Source: an uncultured Actinomycetes bacterium
Lineage (GTDB): Bacteria > Actinomycetota > Thermoleophilia > Solirubrobacterales > Solirubrobacteraceae
NCBI GenBank assembly: GCA_963812435.1
Contig: CAWEUZ010000005.1
Location: 67,385 to 131,384 of the forward strand
DNA length: 64,000 bases
Reading direction: 5' to 3'
Shown here: positions 1-8,074 of the stretch, in pieces
How the letters are laid out: every line of letters starts with the position of its first letter
How positions within the stretch are numbered: position 1 is the stretch's first letter
Made by a program: the position numbers and the translations under genes
The notes under the pieces: generated by a model
What the model was told of the DNA's origin: nothing
Seen by the model: only the letters and a program-made list of their open reading frames with translations
The model's database searches: none

Positions 1-1110
1 GAAGGGCTCCCCGCGGGCCTCGAGCTCGACCGGGACGCGCTCAACGGCGACATGGCGCGCCGCCAGCTCGGCCACGGGCGCGGCGGGCGCATGAAGATCG
101 AGAGAGACAGAGCCGACGTGACCGCAGGCGTGCGCCACGGCCGCACGCTCGGCGGCCCCGTCGCCCTGCAGATCCCCAACAGAGACTTCTCCAACTGGGA
201 GGAGCGCATGAACCCGTGGCCGGTCGAGGCGGACGTGCCCGAGGTGCACCTGCCGCGCCCCGGCCACGCAGACCTCGTCGGCACCTGGAAGTACCGCACC
301 GGCGACGTGCGCAACATCCTCGAGCGCGCCAGCGCGCGCGAGACGGCCGCGCGCGTCGCCGGCGGCGCGCTCTGCAAGGCGTTCCTGCGCGCGCTCGGGG
401 TCGAGGTCCGCTCGCACGTCACGCGCATCACCTCGGTCGTCGCGCCCGCGCCCGGGCGGCAGCTGACGGTCGAGGACTTCGCCGAGGTCGACGCCTCGCC
501 GGTGCGCTGCCTCGACGCCGAGGCGAGCGCGGCGATGGTGCAGGAGATCAACGTGCTGCGCAAGGCCAACGAGTCGCTCGGCGGCACCTTCGAGGTGATC
601 GCCTTCGGCGTCGTCCCCGGGCTCGGCTCGCACGTCTCGTGGGAGGAGCGCCTCGACGGCCGCATCGCGATGGCGATGATGTCGATCCAGGCGATGAAGG
701 GCGTCGGCATCGGCGACGGCTTCGCACTTGCGGGCGTGCCCGGCTCGCAGGCGCATGATGAGATCTTCCACAGCGAGGAGCGCGGCTTCTATCGCGAGAC
801 GAACCACGCCGGCGGCCTGGAGGGCGGCATGACCACCGGCACGCCGCTGGTGGTGGCCGTCGCGATGAAGCCGATCCCCACCCTCACGAAGCCGCTGCGC
901 TCGGTCGACATCGACACGAAGGAGCCGGCCGAGGCGCTGCGCGAGCGGACCGACTCCTGCACGGTCCCCGCCGCCGGTGTCGTCGGCGAGGCGATGCTCG
1001 CGTACGTGGTCGCGGACGCCTACCGCCGCAAGTTCGGCGGCGACCACATCGACGACGTCCGCGAGGCCGTCCGCGCCTACGAGGAGCGGATCGGGTGGCG
1101 CCGCCCCTGA
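1..1110 (+). CDS. aroC: chorismate synthase (5' end lies outside the window)
   Basis: Frame 1 is open from base 1 (EGLPAGLELDRDALNGDMARRQLGHGRGGRM...). The translation looks like chorismate synthase throughout (PRPGHADL, GGLEGGMTTG). It heads an aroC-aroK-aroB-aroQ cluster. Confidence 0.9.
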   Translation, partial: EGLPAGLELDRDALNGDMARRQLGHGRGGRMKIERDRADVTAGVRHGRTLGGPVALQIPNRDFSNWEERMNPWPVEADVPEVHLPRPGHADLVGTWKYRTGDVRNILERASARETAARVAGGALCKAFLRALGVEVRSHVTRITSVVAPAPGRQLTVEDFAEVDASPVRCLDAEASAAMVQEINVLRKANESLGGTFEVIAFGVVPGLGSHVSWEERLDGRIAMAMMSIQAMKGVGIGDGFALAGVPGSQAHDEIFHSEERGFYRETNHAGGLEGGMTTGTPLVVAVAMKPIPTLTKPLRSVDIDTKEPAEALRERTDSCTVPAAGVVGEAMLAYVVADAYRRKFGGDHIDDVREAVRAYEERIGWRRP

Positions 1111-2663
1111 CGCACGACGGGCCGCTGCGCCCGCCCGCCGGCCGCGCGCTCGTGTTCGTCGGCTTCATGGGCGCCGGCAAGACGACGGCCGCACGGCGGC
1201 TCGCGAGAACGTTCGGGCTCGAGGTCACGGACGCCGACGCCGCCATCGCAGAGCACATCGGCATGCCGATCGACCGCTGCTTCGCCGAGCAGGGCGAGGA
1301 CGCGTTCCGCGCGATCGAGGCCGAGCTGGTGGGGGAGATGCTCGAGCGCGCCGACGGCGGCGTCTACTCGCTCGGCGGCGGCGCGCTCCACTCCGAGCGC
1401 ATTCGCGCTGCGCTGAGACGCCACATCACGGTCCTGCTCGATGTCGACGTGAACGTCGCCTGGGAGCGCGCCGCCGGCCGCGGCCGGCCGCTCGCGCGCG
1501 ACCCGCAGGACTTCCGCGAGCTCTACCTGCGCCGCCGGCCGCTCTACATGTCGGCCGCCGACGTCGTGCTGCCGGCCGATCGCCGCGACCGCATCGACGA
1601 CGCGCTGCCGTCGATCCTCGCGCTGGCAAACGCGCCCGCCGATGCCCGCCTGCTGTGGGCGACCTCGGCCTCGGGCGACTACCCGGTGTTCGTCGGGCGC
1701 GGGCTGCTCGGCGCGTCGCTGTCGCCGGTCCCCGGCCAGGGCTTCCTCGTGACCGACGACCAGGTCGGGCCGCGCTACGCGGAGCGGCTCGGCGGGCTGG
1801 CGGCGCGGATCGAGATCCCCGCCGGCGAGCAGCACAAGTCGCTGGCCACCGCGGAACGCGTGTGGATCGAGCTGGGCGACCGCGGCATGACGCAGAGCGA
1901 CCACCTCGTCGCGCTCGGCGGCGGCGTCGTCGGCGACCTCGCCGGCTTCGTCGCGGCGACCTACCAGCGCGGCGTGCCCGTCGTACAGGTCCCGACGACG
2001 CTCGTCGCTCAGGTCGACTCCGCCTACGGCGGCAAGACCGGCGTCGACCTGCCCAACGCCAAGAACTACGTCGGCGCATACCACCAGCCGTCCGCGGTCG
2101 TGGCTGACGTCGACACGCTCAGCACGCTGCCGCCCGAGGAGGCCGCCGCCGGCTACGCCGAGGTGCTGAAGACGGCGCTGATCGCCGGCGGGCACCTGTG
2201 GGAGCGCGTGCGCCGCGGCGACGACCCCGATCCCGACGTGATCTTCGAGTGCGCGCGCACGAAGCTCGCGGTCGTCGCGATGGACGAGCGCGACGCCGGC
2301 CTGCGCCAGGTCCTGAACCTCGGCCACACCGTCGGCCACGCGATCGAGACGGTCACCGGCTACTCCGTGTATCGCCACGGCGAGGCCGTCGGCCTCGGGC
2401 TGCTGGCCGCGCTGCGGCTGTCCGGCCAGGACGCGCTGCGCGACGAGGTGACGGCGCTGCTGGCCGCGCGCAGCCTGCCGACGCGGCTCGACGAGGGCGT
2501 CGACCCCGACGCCGTGCTCGTCGCGACCGCGCGCGACAAGAAGCGGCGCAGCGGCGAGGCGGTCCCGTTCGTGCTGCTCGACGGCCCGGGCGCCGCGCGC
2601 CCCGGCTGCCAGATCGAGGACGGCGACCTGCGCGCCGCGGTGCGGGAGCTGAGCGCGGCGTGA
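1095..2663 (+). CDS. aroKB: bifunctional shikimate kinase / 3-dehydroquinate synthase (fused AroK-AroB)
   Basis: The N-terminus has Walker A GFMGAGKTT and a shikimate-kinase-like region. The C-terminal ~360 aa carry ALGGGVVGDLAGFVAATYQRGVPVVQVPTTL and NLGHTVGHAIE (dehydroquinate synthase). It overlaps aroC by 16 nt. Confidence 0.9.
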   Translation: MAPPLTHDGPLRPPAGRALVFVGFMGAGKTTAARRLARTFGLEVTDADAAIAEHIGMPIDRCFAEQGEDAFRAIEAELVGEMLERADGGVYSLGGGALHSERIRAALRRHITVLLDVDVNVAWERAAGRGRPLARDPQDFRELYLRRRPLYMSAADVVLPADRRDRIDDALPSILALANAPADARLLWATSASGDYPVFVGRGLLGASLSPVPGQGFLVTDDQVGPRYAERLGGLAARIEIPAGEQHKSLATAERVWIELGDRGMTQSDHLVALGGGVVGDLAGFVAATYQRGVPVVQVPTTLVAQVDSAYGGKTGVDLPNAKNYVGAYHQPSAVVADVDTLSTLPPEEAAAGYAEVLKTALIAGGHLWERVRRGDDPDPDVIFECARTKLAVVAMDERDAGLRQVLNLGHTVGHAIETVTGYSVYRHGEAVGLGLLAALRLSGQDALRDEVTALLAARSLPTRLDEGVDPDAVLVATARDKKRRSGEAVPFVLLDGPGAARPGCQIEDGDLRAAVRELSAA

Positions 2664-3115
2664 GCACGGGCATCACCCGCAACCGCATCGCCGTCATGCA
2701 CGGCGTCAACCTCGACCAGCTCGGCCGCCGGCCGGCCGGCCACTACGGCACGCTCACGCTGATGCAGCTGGAGTCGCAGGTCGGCGACTGGGGCTCCGAG
2801 CTGGGCCTCGCCGTGCAGTTCTTCCAGACCAACCACGAGGGCCAGTTCGTCGAGGAGCTGCACCGGCTGGAGGAGACCGTCGACGGGCTGATCCTCAACC
2901 CGGGCGCGTGGACGCACTACTCGTTCGCGATCCGCGACGCGCTCGAGATCGCGGCGCTGCCGGCCGTCGAGGTGCACCTGTCCGACGTCGCCGCGCGCGA
3001 GCAGTGGCGGCAGGCGTCGGTGATCCGCGACCTCTGCTTCGCGACCGTCTCCGGCAGAGGCCCGGACGGCTACCGCGACGCGCTCGTGCGCCTGCGCGAG
3101 GAGCTCGCACAATGA
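2660..3115 (+). CDS. aroQ: type II 3-dehydroquinate dehydratase
   Basis: The GTG start overlaps the aroKB stop (GTGA). Motifs: HGVNLDQLGRR, QTNHEGQFVE, LNPGAWTHYS, VEVHLSDV. Confidence 0.9.
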   Translation: MSTGITRNRIAVMHGVNLDQLGRRPAGHYGTLTLMQLESQVGDWGSELGLAVQFFQTNHEGQFVEELHRLEETVDGLILNPGAWTHYSFAIRDALEIAALPAVEVHLSDVAAREQWRQASVIRDLCFATVSGRGPDGYRDALVRLREELAQ

Positions 3116-4179
3116 CCCGCGCCGACCACCTCGTGACGATGCTCGACGAGCGCGAGCTCGACGCGCTGCTCGTCACGAACCTCGTCAACGTGCGCTACCT
3201 GACCGGCTACACCGGCACCAACGGCGTGGCGCTCGTCGGCCTGCACGACCTGCGCTGCTTCGTCACGGACTTCCGCTACGTCACGCAGGCCGAGCAGCAG
3301 GTGCAGGGCTTCGAGCGGCGGATCGGCGAGCAGGACCTGCTGGACGAGGCCGTCGCGGCCTTACCGCAGGGCGACGTGCGGCTCGGGATCGAGGATCAGC
3401 ACATGTCCGTGCGCCTGTTCGACCGCCTGCGCGAGGCGCTGCCGGCGAGCGTCGAGCTGGTGCCGGCGGGCGGCGGCGTCGAGCGGCTGCGGGCGGTCAA
3501 GGACGCCGACGAGGTCGCGCGCATCCGCGCCGCGGCGGAGCTGGCCGACGCGGCGCTGCAGCGGACGCTCGAGGACGGGCTCGCGGGCCGCAGCGAGCGC
3601 GCGGTCGCGCTCGCGCTCGAGCAGGAGATGCAGCGCCTCGGGGCACAGCGGGCGAGCTTCGAGACGATCGTCGCGCACGGGGCGCACGGGGCGCTGCCGC
3701 ACGCGGTCCCGCGCGAGGCCGAGATCGCGCCCGACTGCCTCGTGACGATCGACTGGGGCGCCCAGCTCGACGGCTACTGCTCGGACTGCACGCGCACGTT
3801 CGCCGTCGGCGAGCCCGGCGAGCGCGCGCGCGAGGTCTACGAGCTCGTGCGCAGCGCGCAGCAGGTCGGGCTCGACGCCGTCCGCGCCGGCGCCGACGGG
3901 CGCGAGGTCGACGCCGACGCCCGCGCGGTCATCGAGGCCGGCGGCCACGCCGAGCACTTCGGCCACGGGCTCGGCCACGGCGTCGGGCTCGAGGTCCACG
4001 AGGCGCCGCGCCTCTCGAAGGCGTCCGAGGCGACGCTCGCGCCCGGCCACGTCGTGACGGTCGAGCCGGGCGTCTACCTGCCCGGCGAGCTGGGCGTGCG
4101 GATCGAGGACCTGGTGCTCGTGACCGAGCAGGGCTGCGAGCGGCTCAACACGATGCCGAAGGACCTCACGGTCGTCTGA
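3112..4179 (+). CDS. pepQ: M24-family Xaa-Pro aminopeptidase/dipeptidase
   Basis: The ATG overlaps the aroQ stop (ATGA). A creatinase-like N-domain (LLVTNLVNVRYLTGY) is followed by M24 metal-site motifs (HGLGHGVGLEVHE, VTVEPGVY, RIED). It occupies the same position as pepQ in the mycobacterial aro cluster. Confidence 0.85.
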   Translation: MTRADHLVTMLDERELDALLVTNLVNVRYLTGYTGTNGVALVGLHDLRCFVTDFRYVTQAEQQVQGFERRIGEQDLLDEAVAALPQGDVRLGIEDQHMSVRLFDRLREALPASVELVPAGGGVERLRAVKDADEVARIRAAAELADAALQRTLEDGLAGRSERAVALALEQEMQRLGAQRASFETIVAHGAHGALPHAVPREAEIAPDCLVTIDWGAQLDGYCSDCTRTFAVGEPGERAREVYELVRSAQQVGLDAVRAGADGREVDADARAVIEAGGHAEHFGHGLGHGVGLEVHEAPRLSKASEATLAPGHVVTVEPGVYLPGELGVRIEDLVLVTEQGCERLNTMPKDLTVV

Positions 4180-5416
4180 ACCCGCCCGTGTCGGGCGACG
4201 GCTCCGGCTCGCCGCGCTGCAGCGCACGCGTCTCGTGCGGGATCAGCGCGAGCCCCAGCGAGAGCGCGCCGAGCAGGCCCGCGACGCCCATCACCTGCGT
4301 CGCGCCGAGGTGGTCCGCGAGCACGCCGATCAGCACGTAGCCGAGCGGCAGCAGCCCGAGCGAGCCCATCCAGTCGAACGACGCCACGCGCGAGAGGGCC
4401 GCCGGCGGGATCCGCTGCGCGAGCGCCGTCTCCCACCACACGCCGAAGAGGGCGAGCCCGACGCCGGAGACGACCGCCGCGGGGATGATCACGGCGAGCG
4501 GCGCGCCGAACGAGAGTCCCACGAGCACGTCGCCGAACGGCATGCACAGCAGGATCCCGAGCAGCAGCGGGCGGCGCGGGCGCCAGCGCAGGGCGATCAA
4601 CGCGCCGGCCGCCGTGCCGGCCCCGACGCTCGCGACGATCCAGCCCCACGCCGCCGGATTGCCGTAGCGCTCCCCGGCGACGGTCGGCCCGAGCACGACG
4701 TAGGGCGCGTAGCAGAGCACGAGGTTCAGCGAGAAGACCGCGATCGTGACCCACACCCAGGCGCGCGAGCGGACCTCGCACCAGCCTTCGCGCAGCTCCG
4801 CGCGCATCGACGTGCGGCGCGCCGGCTCGCCGCGCGGGCGCGGGCGCACGAGCGCGAGCAGCGCGGCGCTGACGACGAAGGTGCCCGCGTCGATCGCGAA
4901 CGCGGCGCCGGTGCCGAGCGTCAGCACGAGCACGGTCGCGATCGCCGGCCCGGCGAACTCGGCGAGCGTCTGCGTCAGGCCGTTCGCCGCGTTCGCCTCC
5001 TGGATCAGGTCTTCGGGGACGGTCTGCGGCACGAGGCCGCTGTAGGCGGGCCGGAAGAACGCCTCCGCGGCGCCGAACAGCACCTCGATCACGACGAGCT
5101 GCCAGATCTCGAGCGCGTCGGCGAAGATCAGCACCGCCAGCAGCGCGTGCAGCGCGCCGCGCAGCAGGTCGGTCGAGACCATGATGCGGTGGCGGGGGAG
5201 GCGGTCGGCCCACACGCCGCCCAGCAGCAGGAACGTCACGAGCGCCAGCGTCTGCGCCGCGATCACGATTCCGAGGTCGGTCGTCGAGCCGGTCCGCTCG
5301 GTCACCAGCAGCGCCAGCGCGACGAGCACGATGCGATCGCCGGTGGTGGAGATCGTCTGGCTGAGGAAGAGCCAGCGGAAGTCCGTTTCGCGCCAGAGCC
5401 GGGGGAGTGCTTGCAC
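4166..5416 (-). CDS. MFS transporter
   Basis: 416 aa with about 12 hydrophobic segments. The N-terminus FRWLFLSQTISTTGDRIVLVAL is typical of EntS/MFS_3-like exporters. GTG start. Its 3' end overlaps the pepQ 3' end convergently by 14 nt. Confidence 0.8.
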   Translation of the reverse strand: MQALPRLWRETDFRWLFLSQTISTTGDRIVLVALALLVTERTGSTTDLGIVIAAQTLALVTFLLLGGVWADRLPRHRIMVSTDLLRGALHALLAVLIFADALEIWQLVVIEVLFGAAEAFFRPAYSGLVPQTVPEDLIQEANAANGLTQTLAEFAGPAIATVLVLTLGTGAAFAIDAGTFVVSAALLALVRPRPRGEPARRTSMRAELREGWCEVRSRAWVWVTIAVFSLNLVLCYAPYVVLGPTVAGERYGNPAAWGWIVASVGAGTAAGALIALRWRPRRPLLLGILLCMPFGDVLVGLSFGAPLAVIIPAAVVSGVGLALFGVWWETALAQRIPPAALSRVASFDWMGSLGLLPLGYVLIGVLADHLGATQVMGVAGLLGALSLGLALIPHETRALQRGEPEPSPDTGGFRRP

Positions 5417-5544
5417 GGCAGGTGCAGGCTACGGGTCCCGCCCGCGTGCGGCGAAGCACGACGCCTCGGCGGCGAACCGCGACGCCGACGTGCGCCGTTT
5501 CGGCGGATGGGCGGCCGACGCCACGCGCTTGTAGCGTTCGCGGC

Positions 5545-6207
5545 GTGACGGCTGACAGGGCAGCGATCCGCTCCGCCGTGCGCGGACGGGTGCAGGGCGT
5601 CGGCTTCCGCGACGCGATCGTCGCCCGCGCGCACGAGCTGGGCGTGCTCGGCTGGGTGCGCAACGGCGAGGACGGCGACGTGCGGGTGCACGCGGAGGGC
5701 CCGTCGGACGCGGTCGACGCGCTCGTCGCGTTCCTGCGCGACGGCCCGCCGGCCGCGCACGTCGAGGCGGTCGACGTCGAGCGGGTGCGCGTCGAGGGCC
5801 ACGAGCAGTTCGCCGTCCGCGGCGTGCCCGCCGGCGTGTTCGCGGTGCGCGAAGGGGCGCGCGGCTACACGCTGGAGCTCGAGGTCGCGGGCGCGATGCG
5901 CGCCTGGGCGGTGCCGAAGGGCCCATCGATGGATCCGGCCGACAAGCGCTTCGCGATCGAGCTGGAGGCCGGTGCGGCCGGCCCTGCGTCAGCGTCCGCC
6001 GCCTCGGCCTGGGACCGCGGCACCTACGAGCAGGGCGGGCGCGTCCCCTGGCCCGAGGCGCTCGATCGCGGCCACGCCGTCTTCGTCCTGCATGGCGACA
6101 AGCTCCACGGCGGCTTCGCGCTCCAGCGCACGCGCTCCGGCGCCGGAGCGCAGTGGCTGCTCGTCAAGCGCAGAGACGAGCACGCGCGGCCTGCCCCGGC
6201 GGCGTAG
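5545..6207 (+). CDS. acylphosphatase fused to a LigD 3'-phosphoesterase-like (apparently degenerate) domain
   Basis: GTG at 5545. The N-terminal part has VRGRVQGVGFR...GWVRNGEDGDV (acylphosphatase signature). The C-terminal part has WAVPKGPSMDPADKRFAIE...VLHGDKLHGGFALQR...WLLVKRRDE, matching the LigD PE-domain scaffold. Confidence 0.7.
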   Translation: MTADRAAIRSAVRGRVQGVGFRDAIVARAHELGVLGWVRNGEDGDVRVHAEGPSDAVDALVAFLRDGPPAAHVEAVDVERVRVEGHEQFAVRGVPAGVFAVREGARGYTLELEVAGAMRAWAVPKGPSMDPADKRFAIELEAGAAGPASASAASAWDRGTYEQGGRVPWPEALDRGHAVFVLHGDKLHGGFALQRTRSGAGAQWLLVKRRDEHARPAPAA

Positions 6208-6330
6208 CGCGAGCGGCGACGCGGATGCTCGCGAAGGGAGCGGGGTCGGGTAGATCGGCACGCCGCAAGGGGGGTCGCGACGCGCATGCCGACACCCGCT
6301 CCCGTTCGCTGTGGGGGAAGTGGGTCCGGG

Positions 6331-6651
6331 TCATGCCTCCGGCGCGCGGTCCGCGCCCACGAGGGCGAGCAGTCGCGTCACCGCGGCGCTCGGACGCACG
6401 ATCTCCAACGTTCCGCCCGTCTCTCGCGCGTGCACGGTGGCGGCGAGCAGGACGCGCGCCCCGCCCGTGTCGATGAAGGTCGTCCCGGCGAGGTCGAGCA
6501 CGACGTGCCGCGAGCGTTCCTGCGCCACGCGGAGGGCGTCCGTCAGCCGCTGCCACGTGGCGATGTCGATCTCGCCGACGACGACCACGCGCTCGTGATC
6601 GGGGGCGACGACAGGCTCGCAGTCGAACGGTTGGGTGCTGCAGGAAGGCAC
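6331..6651 (-). CDS. STAS-domain protein (anti-sigma-factor antagonist-like)
   Basis: VVVVGEIDIATWQRLTDAL...VVLDLAGTTFIDTGGARVLL resembles SpoIIAA/STAS. I chose the internal GTG at 6651 because GAGGAG lies 7 nt upstream; the longer ORF reaching 6777 is possible. Confidence 0.6.
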   Translation of the reverse strand: MPSCSTQPFDCEPVVAPDHERVVVVGEIDIATWQRLTDALRVAQERSRHVVLDLAGTTFIDTGGARVLLAATVHARETGGTLEIVRPSAAVTRLLALVGADRAPEA

Positions 6652-6793
6652 GCTGCTCCTCGAGTCGCTGAAGATGAGCGAAGCTCGGAAGTCAGGTGAC
6701 GCTGCACGGCCGGCGGAACCGGCCGCACCCCGTCGCGGGTGCCCTCCTGAACCTAGCGTAGCGGCGAATGCCGGCAATAGCGAACGCGGCCGA

Positions 6794-7153
6794 TCATGCC
6801 TTCGCCGCGAGCACGAACAGCTCGATCTCGAGGTCCGGTCCGACGTGCTGGTTGGAGATGAACGCGAGCACGCGCCGGCCGCTGAGCCGCTCGACCTCAG
6901 CGATGAACTTCTGCTGCATCGCAGCCTGGAATGCGCTGCGCGTCTCCTGCACCACCGCGCTGCGCTGAAGCTCGATCAGCGTCTTCTCGACTTCGGTGTA
7001 GACGCCGCCGAGCACGCAGGCGAGCAGGTCGTCGCCCATCATCTGGCTCTTGGCGCTGGCGGGGGCGCGGCCGTAGTAGCGCTCGTGCAGCACGCCCATC
7101 GAGGCGCTGACCGCTGTGAGCAGATCGTCGCCTTTGAGGATGTCCTGGGTCAT
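6794..7153 (-). CDS. DUF2294 (MpsC-like) family protein
   Basis: 119 aa. The pattern HERYYGRAP...DDLLACVLGGVYTEVEKTLIE...VQETRSAFQAAMQQKF...VERLSGRRVLAFIS...EIELFVL fits the DUF2294 family as I remember it. Confidence 0.65.
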   Translation of the reverse strand: MTQDILKGDDLLTAVSASMGVLHERYYGRAPASAKSQMMGDDLLACVLGGVYTEVEKTLIELQRSAVVQETRSAFQAAMQQKFIAEVERLSGRRVLAFISNQHVGPDLEIELFVLAAKA

Positions 7154-7197
7154 TCGCTGCCCGCTCTCTTCCGGCGTCGTTGGCCTAGTATCGAAAC

Positions 7198-7671
7198 GTG
7201 GTCGACCGATCCGACGACGATCTGCCGCCGGCAGCCGAGCAGCAGCTCGCGCAGGCCGCGCACGGGGACGTGCTCACCGCGATCTCCGACGGCATCGTCG
7301 CGCTGCTGAAGGACTTCTACGGCAAGGGGCCGACCCGCGCGAAGACCTACTACCAGGACGATCTCGTCGTGTGCCTCCTGCGCGGCGGCTTCACGCGCGT
7401 CGAGGAGACGCTGCGCGAGGCCGGGCGCGGGTACGAGGTGATCCAGCAGCGCATGGTCTTTCAGGACGTCATGCGCGATCGCTTCCAGGCGGTCATCGAG
7501 CGTGCCACCGGTCGGCGCGTGATCGGCTTCATGAGCGGCAACCAGCAGCAGCCGGACATGCTGTGCGAGGTGTTCGTGCTGGCGCCCACGGACCTGCTGG
7601 ACGAGGCTGCGATGGAGGCGACGGGAATCGAACCCGCTGGTCCCGAGCAGACCGGCGCAGAGCGCCGATAG
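7198..7671 (+). CDS. DUF2294 (MpsC-like) family protein, divergent paralog
   Basis: It shows the same pattern (KDFYGKGPTRAKTYYQDDLVVCLLRGGFTRVEETL...QQRMVFQDVMRDRF...IERATGRRVIGFMS...CEVFVL). GTG start, 44 bp from the divergent paralog. Confidence 0.65.
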   Translation: MVDRSDDDLPPAAEQQLAQAAHGDVLTAISDGIVALLKDFYGKGPTRAKTYYQDDLVVCLLRGGFTRVEETLREAGRGYEVIQQRMVFQDVMRDRFQAVIERATGRRVIGFMSGNQQQPDMLCEVFVLAPTDLLDEAAMEATGIEPAGPEQTGAERR

Positions 7672-7696
7672 CCGGGGCATACCTGGCGCCCCCGGA

Positions 7697-7891
7697 TCAT
7701 GCGGGGCTCTTTCTCGACAGCTCGGATCTGACGCCGACGCCCGTCACGAGGCGGAGCCCCATCAGCGCCGTCAGATCGCTCTCCGGCTCCAGCGCACGTC
7801 CGCACAGCGGACACTCGTCATGTGCTGCGCTGAGCGTCACGTCGAGCTCCGAGCGGCGGATCCGACAGGTCGAGCACTTGAACCAGGACAC
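7697..7891 (-). CDS. small zinc-ribbon protein (hypothetical)
   Basis: 64 aa with CSTC...(17 aa)...CPLCG, a classic 4-Cys ribbon. GTG start with GGAAAGGG about 8 nt upstream. The call rests on the motif only. Confidence 0.4.
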   Translation of the reverse strand: MSWFKCSTCRIRRSELDVTLSAAHDECPLCGRALEPESDLTALMGLRLVTGVGVRSELSRKSPA

Positions 7892-8074
7892 GATGTGCCC
7901 TTTCCGTTGAGGTGCTTCGACAGTAGCACCGAACTCGTCGCCGTCCTGGGCGCGGCGTGTCCGGTGCTACGGTGCCAAGGTCGGTCGCGTCGTCTCGCGA
8001 TCGTGCGCTCGCCCGGTCCTCCTTGACCTCTCTGCCTCGCGATCGCAGCCTTTGAGAGGCTCGCGAGGAGCGCC

